NCBI GenBank assembly: GCA_965230685.1
Contig: CBDDLO010000002.1
Location: 5,133,106-5,197,105, forward strand
Direction: 5' to 3'
Length of the DNA: 64,000 bases
DNA from: Bythopirellula sp.
GTDB lineage: Bacteria; Planctomycetota; Planctomycetia; Pirellulales; Lacipirellulaceae
The stretch's first letter is position 1; every line of letters begins with the position of its first letter. The notes beneath the pieces were generated by a model that was given only the letters and a program-made list of their open reading frames with translations, had not been told where the DNA came from and did not search any database. A program made the position numbers and the translations under genes. Shown here piece by piece: positions 27,819 to 37,130 of this stretch.

Positions 27819-28940
27819 TTAAGGAAACTCGATGGAATCGAGAAATTCACGAAAAGGCTCACGTTGGCCGCGCACAAGTTCACGCAGCCCCATCATCTTG
27901 AAAAACCAGACTTGGCCCTCGCGTTTGATCATCGCTGCATACAGAGCGACAGGTCTCTTCGTTGCTGCGGGGCTCTCGAGTTCTACATAAGTGCCGTCAA
28001 TCCCAGCGATTGCGACTGGCTCGGTGAGTTCGCCCAGTTGGTCTTCGTCGAGAGAATTTAAGCCGACTTGCCCTGCCCAACGCTGCACATTGGCGGCCAC
28101 ATCGTCCATTTGTGTGCCTGGCGCGGCAGGGAAGCTCGTGACTGTCACCTGATCCGAGGGCCCACCGCCGGGAAGCAAGAATGCCGCCTTGCGCATCATC
28201 GACAATTTGCCTGGCAGCCAATCCTCAGGCGCATCGTAAGTTAGAGATTTGTTGGCATTCGTAGATGTTGGATTGCTCTCGGTCGTTGCATTGTTCTCGG
28301 CCGCGGGTTTGCCGCTTTGTGTTGGAAACCTACCGCCACCCATGGGACGCTGAGACATCACGCCAGAGAGTTCGAAAAGAGCCGCCTTGCCGTCGCGAGT
28401 CGAAGCTTCTCGCTTCAACTTCAGCACAGTCTGCCTGGGCAGCTCCAAGCGTTGCAATTGTCCCAACCAGCGATCGACATTCAGGACCAAAAAATCTTCC
28501 CATTCGCCTTGCAATGGCAATGAGGAAACGGCCAATTCGAGATTGCCACTCTCGTCGGGAACTACCAGCGTCGCTGCTCGCATTGCAGTCGCCGCGTCTT
28601 TTTCCTGCCAGCCCTTGGGAAGATCCCATGCGGGCGGCTCAGTGGTGGACTCCGCTGCCCGAACAGTCGACAGAAATTTTTCGAAGGGCCCGCGCTGCCG
28701 GTCGATGGCCGGCGCTTTGCCCACCAGTTTAAAAAACCATGCCGTCTCGGCTTGGGGGACGATCGCTACGAGAATGTGGTCTAACTGCTGTGAAACCGTC
28801 GCCGGGTCAATGGGCTGCAGGGGCGGAGATTCGCGGGGGACCTGGTAGGTCTCTACCTGCGGCTCCGGCTGACACCCCCCAGCAAGGAGCGAAACGAGCG
28901 CAATCGAAGTGCACAAGAACTGCGTAGAGGAAGCCATCAC
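27819..28940 (-). CDS. Hypothetical lipoprotein with internal two-fold duplication
   Basis: 373 aa with a lipobox LLAGGC. The two halves share WFFK(L/M)(V/M)G...REPF/GPFE(K/E)FL and DW/LP.G... .VQRW/VDRWLGQ motifs. Confidence 0.6.
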   Translation of the reverse strand: MMASSTQFLCTSIALVSLLAGGCQPEPQVETYQVPRESPPLQPIDPATVSQQLDHILVAIVPQAETAWFFKLVGKAPAIDRQRGPFEKFLSTVRAAESTTEPPAWDLPKGWQEKDAATAMRAATLVVPDESGNLELAVSSLPLQGEWEDFLVLNVDRWLGQLQRLELPRQTVLKLKREASTRDGKAALFELSGVMSQRPMGGGRFPTQSGKPAAENNATTESNPTSTNANKSLTYDAPEDWLPGKLSMMRKAAFLLPGGGPSDQVTVTSFPAAPGTQMDDVAANVQRWAGQVGLNSLDEDQLGELTEPVAIAGIDGTYVELESPAATKRPVALYAAMIKREGQVWFFKMMGLRELVRGQREPFREFLDSIEFP

Positions 28941-29025
28941 GTCGCGGGACCCAGCAGGTGTTGGTGAAAAAGTCCAGCGTGACCTATCGCCAACTGTTGT
29001 GCAATCCGAAATCCGCAGTTGGACT

Positions 29026-30594
29026 TTAGAACCAGCCCAGGATCGCGTCCATCAACGAGCTGTTAAGCGTGTAGGGTTCATTCCAGCTCCAGATGTTGCG
29101 CATCATATCGAGCATCATCGTGCCTCCGAGCAATAACAACAGTGCCGAAGACCCCAGTCCCAAGATATTCAACATGGAGTAGGATCTGTCGATTGTGGCT
29201 GCCGCGGGGCCAGGGGCGTAGCCCATGTCGAGGTCGTCGCCGGGCGTTTCGGCAAAATCTTCCGAGAGAACGACATCGCCTTCTTCCTCGGCAAAGTCAC
29301 CTTCGTCCAAGACCGCGGCATCGCCAAAGTCCTCCATCCCGCCTTCCAAGTCTCCGCCCATATCAGCATCTAACTCTATCACCTGCGAACTGCTGTCACC
29401 GTCGTCGTTCGCGCCCTCGCTCAATGGGGTGAGTTGAAAGTCGTCGTCGGTCTGCAATTCGGCAATGGGCGCGTCGCCGGAGGCGGCCGCTTCGTCGCCG
29501 ATCAACGAAATATCGGGGTCGGAGCCTTCCAGAGACAACGAGCTCAGAATCGCAGAACCACCCATTTCCAGCGGAATATCGTCCAAGGCTAACCCGCTGT
29601 CCGAAGGGGAGATCAGGTTGATGCCGCTGTCTCCGCTGTCTAGCGTGAGATCGCTACCACCCGAGTCGCTCGCCAGCAAGTCATCGCTGCTGGCCAGTTC
29701 GAGTTCGGAACCCGAACCCGTCGCATCGCCAGCCGCGTCTTCTAGCACGGGCACATCGGTTGAGCCCATGTTGCTGCCGCCCTCCAACTCCAAATCATCG
29801 AGTTGCAAGTCGCTAGCCTCTGGGGGGGTAGCCCCCTCTGCAGCTTTCTCAGGTGCCAATGCCGGACTCGACTCTTCGGCGAGGTCGAGTTCTTCGAGGC
29901 CCTCGAACGCGCTGCTACCGGGCTTCTTCTCCACGTCGTCAAGCACCCCCGAGCCTGCGACTTGGGAAGACAGCACATCAGCTGTCACATCGCCATCGTC
30001 ATCATCCAACGCCAGTTCCAAGTCGTCGTCAGCCGAGCCCAGCTTGTCTTTGCCGATAATGGTGCTTTTCGGACCGCTGACTGATTCGCCCAGTGTCTCT
30101 TCGCTTAGCAAAATCGAATCGGAAGGGCCTGCCTCGGGCAGTTCGAGGTCGAGGTCAATATCGCTAGAACCGGCGGTAACGGTGTCTTCCAGACCGTCGG
30201 GTTCGAGTTCACTACCGCCGGGGACTGAATCGGTGTCGTCCAATTCGAGTTCGAGATCGAGGTCCGACTTCTCCGCGGATTTTGCTGGTGGCGATGCCTC
30301 GGCCTGCTCCAACTCTTCCTCGCTGACAAGAGAGAGATCCGAGTCGTTGTCGTCCACATCGATCGGCGCAGCTTCCACGAGTTCCTCGCGCGAGACCAGG
30401 CCAACATCGCTAGGTGGTGAGGGCTCAGGCACGCCAGAATCGACCATGCCTTGGATTTCGTCGGTGCGGAACTTCCAGCTCTTGCCATCGCGATACGCCC
30501 GAAGTTCGCCTCCCTCGCGGAGTGCGTGCAACCTTTCGGCCGAGATTCCAAGCTTCTCGATTGCATCTTCAAAGCTGACGAATTTTTGTTCCAT
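29026..30594 (-). CDS. Excisionase-type HTH domain protein with ~400-aa polyacidic linker and C-terminal membrane anchor
   Basis: 522 aa. The N-terminus VSFEDAIEKLGISAERLHALREGGELRAYRDGKSWKFRTDEI has an HTH_17/excisionase-like pattern. The middle is D/E/S/L-rich low complexity. The C-terminal TM segment is LNILGLGSSALLLLLGGTMML. Confidence 0.65.
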   Translation of the reverse strand: MEQKFVSFEDAIEKLGISAERLHALREGGELRAYRDGKSWKFRTDEIQGMVDSGVPEPSPPSDVGLVSREELVEAAPIDVDDNDSDLSLVSEEELEQAEASPPAKSAEKSDLDLELELDDTDSVPGGSELEPDGLEDTVTAGSSDIDLDLELPEAGPSDSILLSEETLGESVSGPKSTIIGKDKLGSADDDLELALDDDDGDVTADVLSSQVAGSGVLDDVEKKPGSSAFEGLEELDLAEESSPALAPEKAAEGATPPEASDLQLDDLELEGGSNMGSTDVPVLEDAAGDATGSGSELELASSDDLLASDSGGSDLTLDSGDSGINLISPSDSGLALDDIPLEMGGSAILSSLSLEGSDPDISLIGDEAAASGDAPIAELQTDDDFQLTPLSEGANDDGDSSSQVIELDADMGGDLEGGMEDFGDAAVLDEGDFAEEEGDVVLSEDFAETPGDDLDMGYAPGPAAATIDRSYSMLNILGLGSSALLLLLGGTMMLDMMRNIWSWNEPYTLNSSLMDAILGWF

Positions 30595-30693
30595 CGAACT
30601 CTCTCTTCCGTTCCCGAACCTTGAACAGCTCGGTTTGCCTCGCGGCTTCGACCTCCTTGTAGGTCCGCGAGAAGCGATTGTGAAGTAACTCTG

Positions 30694-31056
30694 CTAGTTC
30701 CGATCTAGCGACTCTTGCATGTCCACTGGCGAAGGGTCGCCACTATTAAATTCTTGTACCTGCAAATCGACGGTCAGGTTTCGTACACTCTTAAGTTGAA
30801 TCGCTCCGCCCGCCTCAACGTGGTAGACTGCCATTCTGCGTAAATGAGGATCGACAATGATCACTCGCGTCATCTTCGGATTGGTTTCCTCATGGAAATG
30901 GGTAATCAACCCTCCAGTGCCAACCTCAACTGGGGCGAATTCGGCCAGCGCGGGAGGTGCCCCGGCGCGTCCCCATCCGAAGCCAAAAATCAACGCGGCG
31001 ATCGCCACGAACTTCCAATAAGCACTCTGGTTCAAAACACGTTGCATGGTTCGCAC
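30694..31056 (-). CDS. Hypothetical small exported protein
   Basis: 120-aa ORF with an N-terminal hydrophobic segment (YWKFVAIAALIFGFGWG). No family recognised. Confidence 0.4.
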   Translation of the reverse strand: MRTMQRVLNQSAYWKFVAIAALIFGFGWGRAGAPPALAEFAPVEVGTGGLITHFHEETNPKMTRVIIVDPHLRRMAVYHVEAGGAIQLKSVRNLTVDLQVQEFNSGDPSPVDMQESLDRN

Positions 31057-31332
31057 TCCTTGCCTGGAAAATCTGTCTGAACCGAGGGCAAGGCAGCGGA
31101 CCTAACCTCTATTCTAAGAGCCCAGCCCCACGGTTCAAGGAAAATTCAGCCCATTCCGCGGCGTCACCGGCGATTCACTAGCCGTCAGAACCGTCAGAAC
31201 TGGCCCTTGCTGGGCGCCCTGCGGGTGAACCGCAGAAGCCGAGCCATCGGGGCAGTGTAAGGGCAGGGCCGGTTGGGGAACAATCTCAGCCTGGAGAATC
31301 GGCGATTTTCTGCCTGGGGTCCCAAGAACCTG

Positions 31333-32346
31333 CTATTCCTGCAATTGCGCATGATGATCAATCAGCTCTGCAGGCGTGGCGACGCCCGTGGTCCCCATTT
31401 TTTGGACGGTGATCGATGCTACGAGGTTGCCAAATGCGGCGGCTTCTAGCGGGTTTGCCCCAGCGAGCAAGGCGACCACAATGCCAGCCGTTGCACTGTC
31501 GCCAGCACCCACGATATCGACGGAGCCACCCACTCGAATACCGGGAACAAGACTAGCGCCTTGGTGCGGGCTCGCAACCAGAATCCCGTTGGACCCCTGA
31601 GTGCAAAATGCTGGGCGTCCCGTCACTTCACACAGACCGCTAAGGGCTTTCGTCACATTAAAGCTCTCTCCGCCAATGGCCCGGATCTCTGACTCGTTCC
31701 CCTTGAGCGTGCCAAAACGAAACTCGCCGAGGTTGGTTCGGCTATCGACGAAAACCAAATAGTTTGGAAAGCTGCGACTTCGAGCGTCTAATTCGGCTCT
31801 TACTTCCGCGTTGACGACACCCCAGTTCGGCTCGTTGACCTGATCCAGCACGATCACACCGTGCGTTTGTTGGAACAACGCATCGAGACTGCCAACCACT
31901 GCCGCCACGGCACCGGGATCGAGCGGTTCGCGGCTGCAGATGTCGAGCCGGTTCTGTTCTACTGACACGCCATCGGCGGATACTCCCAGGGGTTTGGTGT
32001 AAGTGGGCGTAAGGCGTCCCTCGCGTTTGAAAATATGGTCCGCGGTGATCGGCAGTGCCTCAAGCGAACGCAGCAAGTCAAATCCGTGACCATCGTCGCC
32101 GATCACCGTGACGGGAGTCATCCGCCCAACACCCAGCGCTGCCAGATTGCTCATCACCGTGCCCAGCGCGCCGGGTTGATTGCGGACGCTACTGATCTGA
32201 AACGCCGCAAGACCCGTTTCGAGTGAGCATTCTTCACCGCCCAGCTCGAACTCAAGGTAGCGGTCAAGGAACAGATCGCCGACGAGCCCAATGTGCAGTT
32301 GCGGAAGGGCAGCGAGAATGGATTCGAGGCGTTGGGTGGAAAGCAT
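31333..32346 (-). CDS. PfkB-family carbohydrate kinase (HldA/RfaE domain-I-like)
   Basis: 337 aa. The N-terminus IGLVGDLFLDRY resembles heptose-7-phosphate kinase starts. The C-terminus has the PfkB signature DIVGAGDSATAG. Confidence 0.75.
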   Translation of the reverse strand: MLSTQRLESILAALPQLHIGLVGDLFLDRYLEFELGGEECSLETGLAAFQISSVRNQPGALGTVMSNLAALGVGRMTPVTVIGDDGHGFDLLRSLEALPITADHIFKREGRLTPTYTKPLGVSADGVSVEQNRLDICSREPLDPGAVAAVVGSLDALFQQTHGVIVLDQVNEPNWGVVNAEVRAELDARSRSFPNYLVFVDSRTNLGEFRFGTLKGNESEIRAIGGESFNVTKALSGLCEVTGRPAFCTQGSNGILVASPHQGASLVPGIRVGGSVDIVGAGDSATAGIVVALLAGANPLEAAAFGNLVASITVQKMGTTGVATPAELIDHHAQLQE

Positions 32347-32349
32347 GAG

Positions 32350-33531
32350 CTAAGCCGTGGACGGCTCCAATTCGTGCAGCAAGGCAAGGAGAAAGTCGCG
32401 ATTGTCGGCTTGTAAATACTGCATCGTGCCGCCCATGCGGCTAAACGATTTATTGTAGCGGAGATAGTACGCCGGGTTGTCTTCCGGCGGTTCGCCCCGG
32501 GACCAGTCCCAGTCCGACTTGGCCAAATCCACGACCTGGATGAAGAAGTCCTCGATTCGGCTCCCCTGGCCCAGGGCAACATTCTGCGCTATAGAAAGCG
32601 ACTTTTCGAATACCATGGGGCTCATCACTGCTGAGCCGATAGAGAGATACACTCCGCCGGACAGCTGACTCACGCTCTCGGCGAACGTGAGGAAATCACG
32701 TTCTGCGGTGCGGCCGACGGAGGCACCTTGGTTCATGGGGTGATTGTAGATGATGTCGTGACCTAGCATAGGATGCCCCGTGAGGGGCACTTGTGCGCGA
32801 AAGGCAGCCGCTTGCAGGCTAAAGCGTTTCCAGGCATGGCCAATCGACATCACTCCGCTGCCCAACTGAAACTCTTGAACAACTTGCAGCAAATCAGCGG
32901 CGGCAGCGGAGCGCCCAGGTTCGGCATCCAAGTCGCGCTGCACCGATTCACGCAGCTGCTGGACTGAAGGAATCGTCAACTCCTCGTTTTCGATCAGGGC
33001 CCCGACAGATTCGCCATAGCCCTTACCTTCGTAGGCTCCAATGTTGATCGCCAGATTGAGGTAGAATCCTGTCTCTTGCCAATTTCCAAATTGGCCGTGC
33101 TGAACCATACGCTGTACGTCTTCGCAACTCTGGCCATGAAAAGCAAACTCCCAATCGTGAATCACCCCCGCTCCGTTGGTGGCCAAGTGCGTCACCCAGC
33201 CGTTGTCCACTAGCCGGGCCAATACCAGCGCGAGGCCATTCTTAATCGCATGGGCACCGAACGCCATCATCACTGCACTGTTGCTTTCGCGCGCCGCTCG
33301 AATTCGCGCCGCACACTCCGCGATCTGCTCCTGCGAAGCCTCAGAAAGATGGCCCGGTAGAGATTCAATTGAGATGTGGTCGCGCTCGATGTGCTTCTTG
33401 TGCACTCGCTCAGCGAGTGGCCGCATGGAAACACGTGATCGGTCAAACTGGCGATAAGGCATGGCGGCTCGCGGGAGAAGATTCAGATCGACTCGTTGAA
33501 TGCTCTTGGTGACTCTATCTCGATAGTTCAA
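32350..33531 (-). CDS. Deoxyhypusine-synthase-like (DHS-like NAD-binding fold) protein, function unknown
   Basis: 393 aa. The segment LVDNGWVTHLATNGAGVIHDWE resembles the DHS motif (LV..N.VD.LVTTAGGVEED). The call is weak and by eye only. Confidence 0.35.
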   Translation of the reverse strand: MNYRDRVTKSIQRVDLNLLPRAAMPYRQFDRSRVSMRPLAERVHKKHIERDHISIESLPGHLSEASQEQIAECAARIRAARESNSAVMMAFGAHAIKNGLALVLARLVDNGWVTHLATNGAGVIHDWEFAFHGQSCEDVQRMVQHGQFGNWQETGFYLNLAINIGAYEGKGYGESVGALIENEELTIPSVQQLRESVQRDLDAEPGRSAAAADLLQVVQEFQLGSGVMSIGHAWKRFSLQAAAFRAQVPLTGHPMLGHDIIYNHPMNQGASVGRTAERDFLTFAESVSQLSGGVYLSIGSAVMSPMVFEKSLSIAQNVALGQGSRIEDFFIQVVDLAKSDWDWSRGEPPEDNPAYYLRYNKSFSRMGGTMQYLQADNRDFLLALLHELEPSTA

Positions 33532-34337
33532 GCGGCGCAGATTTGCAATCTGTCACAAAGTGCTTCGAGTTCGCCATAGTCGGCGAGGATTATGTCAGCT
33601 CCAGCCTCGGCCAGGCGAGCGCGTTTCCAAGAGTCGATTCCGCTACGCGTGAACTCGTTGCTGGCTACACCGATTGCCAGACCACCCACTCGCTTGATTT
33701 CCTCAATCTCGACAAACCCGTCCCCCAAGCCGAGGATGCGCGAGCCCGGCATACCCGCCTCGCGGAGGATTCGCTCGATGACCTTGGCCTTGGAAAAGTT
33801 CTGAAAGTCGTCACGGGCACCGTAGATTCTTCCTTCAAAATACTGATCTAAACCCAATAGGGCAGCTTCGGCAAGAACATAGGGCTCATCCGTTCCGGAT
33901 GCCAAGTGACAATCGACACCACAAGCAGTAAGTTTTTGCAACAACTGCGCCGAACCAGGCACGGTCATTGATTCAGCCGTCGTTCTCCCCTCCTCGACGG
34001 ACTTGATCCGCTCTTGCACCTGGCTCCAAAGGCGCTCATGGTATTCTCGCTTGTAGTCTAGCGGGTCCGACGGCACTCCACCTCGTTTCTCGACCTCGAC
34101 CCCCAGCTGGATCATTTGATAAATCGTTTGTTTGCCGGTGAGCCGCGTCACAAATTCTTCGACTACCGAATGAAGTTGTGGCTCCGTTTCCGAAGTAGTT
34201 GTCGCCGCAAGATGCTCGACAGCCATCGGGATCATGACTTGCTGCCAACCCCGTCGCAGCAAAGAAAGCGTTCCGTCGAAATCCAATAAGGCAGTCCGAA
34301 AGGGCCCTCGCGGGTGAGCAGCGTTGAGAATTTCCAT
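33528..34337 (-). CDS. HAD-superfamily hydrolase/phosphatase
   Basis: 269 aa with HAD motif I LLDFDGTLS and later LASGTDE and GDGFVE motifs. There is a 4-nt overlap with the downstream gene. Confidence 0.7.
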   Translation of the reverse strand: MEILNAAHPRGPFRTALLDFDGTLSLLRRGWQQVMIPMAVEHLAATTTSETEPQLHSVVEEFVTRLTGKQTIYQMIQLGVEVEKRGGVPSDPLDYKREYHERLWSQVQERIKSVEEGRTTAESMTVPGSAQLLQKLTACGVDCHLASGTDEPYVLAEAALLGLDQYFEGRIYGARDDFQNFSKAKVIERILREAGMPGSRILGLGDGFVEIEEIKRVGGLAIGVASNEFTRSGIDSWKRARLAEAGADIILADYGELEALCDRLQICAA

Positions 34338-34360
34338 GAATGTCTGCTCCTCTGGAAGAC

Positions 34361-35371
34361 TTAGTTAGCCTTCGTCGCCCCGCCGTCGGAACGATGCCCC
34401 AACTGGCGAAAGGTTTCTGCGTCGATATCAAAACTAATCTGATCGGCAGAGCCATCGCACATCGAGAAAATGCAACCCGAGGGATGAGCGCTGCCGAACA
34501 ACTCGCGGGCGATGTTGTTGTTCCTCACGGTTTCTGTGTCGGACCGAGGAATGTGTGTAATAGTCTTGCCGCTGTAGAACGTCGAGCGCACCGAGTCGTC
34601 TTGAAAAGCGCAGTACATGCTCCAGTCGTCGGCTTCCCAAAACTCATCGTTCTCGTAAACGGCCACGGGAATGTACTTTTCGCCAAGCGCGATGGTGTTG
34701 CTCAGCCCATCGGTGACCTGTCGCAACTGGACGGCATTGCCGCAGAAGGTGATTCCGGAAAATGTGTCGGTCGTGGGAGGGAAACCTCGTGGAACCGTCT
34801 CGTAGTCGGAAGGGCTCACGCCGAGACATCGGCTGTCGTACCGGCTTTCGTCGCCGACACTGGCCCCATAGTCTCCGCGTGCAACGAGTGTTTGTGAGTA
34901 GGTGGACATACCGCCCATACCGTCGCCGTTGAGTACTGTGGACTCAACAGAATAGGGTCCGCCATCGCGGCGCGAAGGGCAGTTCATGAGCGAAATCGGC
35001 GTTGCATCGCGCCGCTGCAGACTTTCGAAGCGAGCGGTGCCCGTTTGGCCTGCGCCCAAATCAGCCAGCGCCTGCTGCTCGATGAAGGGCAAGATACCAA
35101 ACAACCATGCGCCCGGTTGTTCAGGACCTGTGCCGCGGTCGGGGTCGGCGGTCCAATTTCCCTTCCAACCCGAAGCAGGCAAACGCCCAAAAGTACTTTC
35201 GTGATTGACCATGCCCAGTGTCAGATTCTTCAGATGGTTGATGCACTGTGTCCGACGCGCGGCTTCTCGCGCGGCCTGAACGGCGGGCAGGAGCAGGGCG
35301 ACCAGAACGCCAATAATAGCGATCACCACCAGAAGTTCGACAAGGGTAAATCCTATGGTTCGATTCCGCAT
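34361..35371 (-). CDS. DUF1559 / H-X9-DG protein with prepilin-type N-terminal methylation motif
   Basis: 336 aa. The N-terminus is GFTLVELLVVIAIIGVLVALLLPAVQAAREAARR. The C-terminus is FGSAHPSGCIFSMCDGSA, which has H, nine residues, then DG. This is a hallmark planctomycete family. Confidence 0.85.
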   Translation of the reverse strand: MRNRTIGFTLVELLVVIAIIGVLVALLLPAVQAAREAARRTQCINHLKNLTLGMVNHESTFGRLPASGWKGNWTADPDRGTGPEQPGAWLFGILPFIEQQALADLGAGQTGTARFESLQRRDATPISLMNCPSRRDGGPYSVESTVLNGDGMGGMSTYSQTLVARGDYGASVGDESRYDSRCLGVSPSDYETVPRGFPPTTDTFSGITFCGNAVQLRQVTDGLSNTIALGEKYIPVAVYENDEFWEADDWSMYCAFQDDSVRSTFYSGKTITHIPRSDTETVRNNNIARELFGSAHPSGCIFSMCDGSADQISFDIDAETFRQLGHRSDGGATKAN

Positions 35372-35613
35372 TTGAGAGACCCTCCACTTTGTCGATCAGG
35401 TGGGCAATACACTCCCCACAGAGAGAGTACGCTTCGCAGCATGAATTATTGTAGCCCTTTTCGCCTCCACTATGCCAATACTACTTTCAAAAGTCGCTTC
35501 CTGGGTTTTGGGCAGGCATATTGAGTATGTGGCCGATTCTCGACATCAAGCAACCCTTTGTCGGCGTGAAGAGTGGCATACAAAACGGAGGGCCTGTGCT
35601 ATTCTAATAGGTT

Positions 35614-36420
35614 ATGACCTTCCAAAATTTAGACGAACTTGATTCACGACTCGGTCACGCCGTCGAAATTGCCCACCAGGCGGGGGAGCAGACGCTTGAG
35701 CTTTTTCGAGCCAGCGAACTCGACGTCGAGCGCAAGTCCGACGGTTCGCCAGTCACCGCTGCCGACCGCGGAGCGGAAAAGCTGCTGCGCGAGCGAATCC
35801 AAGAGAAATTTCCCGACGACGCGATCCTCGGCGAAGAATTTGGTGAGACTCCCGGCACAAGTGGCTACCGCTGGGTCCTTGATCCGATCGACGGCACCAA
35901 GTCGTTCGTCTCCGGCGTGCCGTTGTATACGACGCTGGTCGCAGTGTTGCACGATGATGTTGCACAGATAGGCGTGATCTTCGCACCCGCTGCGGGAGAA
36001 ATGGTGTACGCAGCTCGGGGCGGCGGGTGTTGGCACAAAGTAGGCAAATCGGAAGCGCGACGGTGCGCCGTCTCCGGCGTCGAGAAGCTCGACGATGCAG
36101 TATTTTTGACCACCTCGGTGAAGGCATTTTCCACAGACCGGCCGACCGACGCCCGGCCGGTCTACGACCGCATCCAAAATGCCTGCCGCATCAGTCGCAC
36201 ATGGGGCGATGCATTTGGCTACCTGCTTGTCGCCACTGGGCGTGCCGAAATCATGATCGACCCAAAGCTGAATTTGTGGGACGCCGCGGCCGTGCAGCCA
36301 GTGATTGAAGAAGCGGGGGGCCGGTTTTTTGACTGGCAAGGCCAACCGTCCGTTCACAGCCAAGAAGCGATCGCCACCAACTCCGCCCTGGCAGAGCAAG
36401 TTTTGGCCATGCTCCATTGA
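35614..36420 (+). CDS. Inositol monophosphatase family protein (possible histidinol-phosphatase HisN)
   Basis: 268 aa with motifs GEEFG, WVLDPIDGTKSF and LWDAAAVQPVIEEAGG. Confidence 0.8.
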   Translation: MTFQNLDELDSRLGHAVEIAHQAGEQTLELFRASELDVERKSDGSPVTAADRGAEKLLRERIQEKFPDDAILGEEFGETPGTSGYRWVLDPIDGTKSFVSGVPLYTTLVAVLHDDVAQIGVIFAPAAGEMVYAARGGGCWHKVGKSEARRCAVSGVEKLDDAVFLTTSVKAFSTDRPTDARPVYDRIQNACRISRTWGDAFGYLLVATGRAEIMIDPKLNLWDAAAVQPVIEEAGGRFFDWQGQPSVHSQEAIATNSALAEQVLAMLH

Positions 36421-36528
36421 GTCTCTGGCCCTAACCCCTTATACTGCGGGGCTACCGCATTTGTCGTTATGTAGTTGTCGACATCGCTTGCGGTTTCGTA
36501 GACACAGGAAATTCAAAGGACCAAACCA

Positions 36529-36804
36529 ATGGCCCGACAATGTGAAGTATGTGGCAAAGGCGCCCAACTGGGCAACTCCGTAACGACCCGCGGTAAGAAG
36601 AAATACCTTGGCGGGGTGGGTACGAAAATCACGGGCATTACGCGCCGCAAGTTCAAGCCCAACCTGCAACGTGTGCGGGTCACGACCAAAAACGGGACGC
36701 ACAAGACGATCTACGCCTGCACACAGTGCATCCGCTCCGGCGGAGTGACGAAGATCGTCCGAAACGCACCGTTCAAAGTGCCCACCAAGCCAGCCGTGAA
36801 GTAG
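36529..36804 (+). CDS. rpmB: 50S ribosomal protein L28
   Basis: 91 aa beginning MARQCEVCGKGAQLGNSVTTRGKKKYLGGVGTKITGITRRKFKPNLQRVRV. Confidence 0.9.
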   Translation: MARQCEVCGKGAQLGNSVTTRGKKKYLGGVGTKITGITRRKFKPNLQRVRVTTKNGTHKTIYACTQCIRSGGVTKIVRNAPFKVPTKPAVK

Positions 36805-36818
36805 GATGCCCCCACCCA

Positions 36819-37109
36819 ATGGCCATCACGCGAGTTGATGTTGAAAAAGTAGCGCTACTCGCTCGCCTTCGGCTGGGGGATGAAGAACTCGACACGCTTA
36901 CCACAGAGCTGGCGCAGATAGTCGGCTATGTCGATCAGCTGGGCGAGGTCGACACCGACGATGTCGAACCCATGGCACATGCAGTCGAGTTGCACAATGT
37001 CTTCGCCGACGATGTTCTGAGTCCCAGCCTGCCTCGCGACAAGGCACTCGCTAACGCCCCCAACCACAACGGCGAATGTTACCTAGTGCCCCCCGTGCTG
37101 GGCGACTAA
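36819..37109 (+). CDS. gatC: Asp/Glu-tRNA amidotransferase subunit C
   Basis: An internal ATG at 36819 within ORF 36726..37109 gives MAITRVDVEKVALLARLRLGDEELDTLTTELAQIVGYVDQL. It lies directly upstream of gatA. Confidence 0.85.
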   Translation: MAITRVDVEKVALLARLRLGDEELDTLTTELAQIVGYVDQLGEVDTDDVEPMAHAVELHNVFADDVLSPSLPRDKALANAPNHNGECYLVPPVLGD

Positions 37110-37130
37110 CGCAAACCGTAGCCTACTACC

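Noticed and set aside
29465-30688. 407-aa Ser-rich ORF on the + strand
   Set aside because: It is the antisense shadow of the polyacidic protein, because GAx/GAG codons read as Ser/Leu on the other strand. The minus-strand frame has a recognisable HTH and TM anchor and this frame has nothing.
31182-31199. 9-bp tandem duplication ccgtcagaa x2 in an intergenic region
   Set aside because: It is too short and isolated to mean anything. It is likely replication slippage.
35644-36417. 257-aa minus-strand ORF
   Set aside because: It is antisense to the IMPase-family gene, which has clear family motifs. No motifs appear in this frame.
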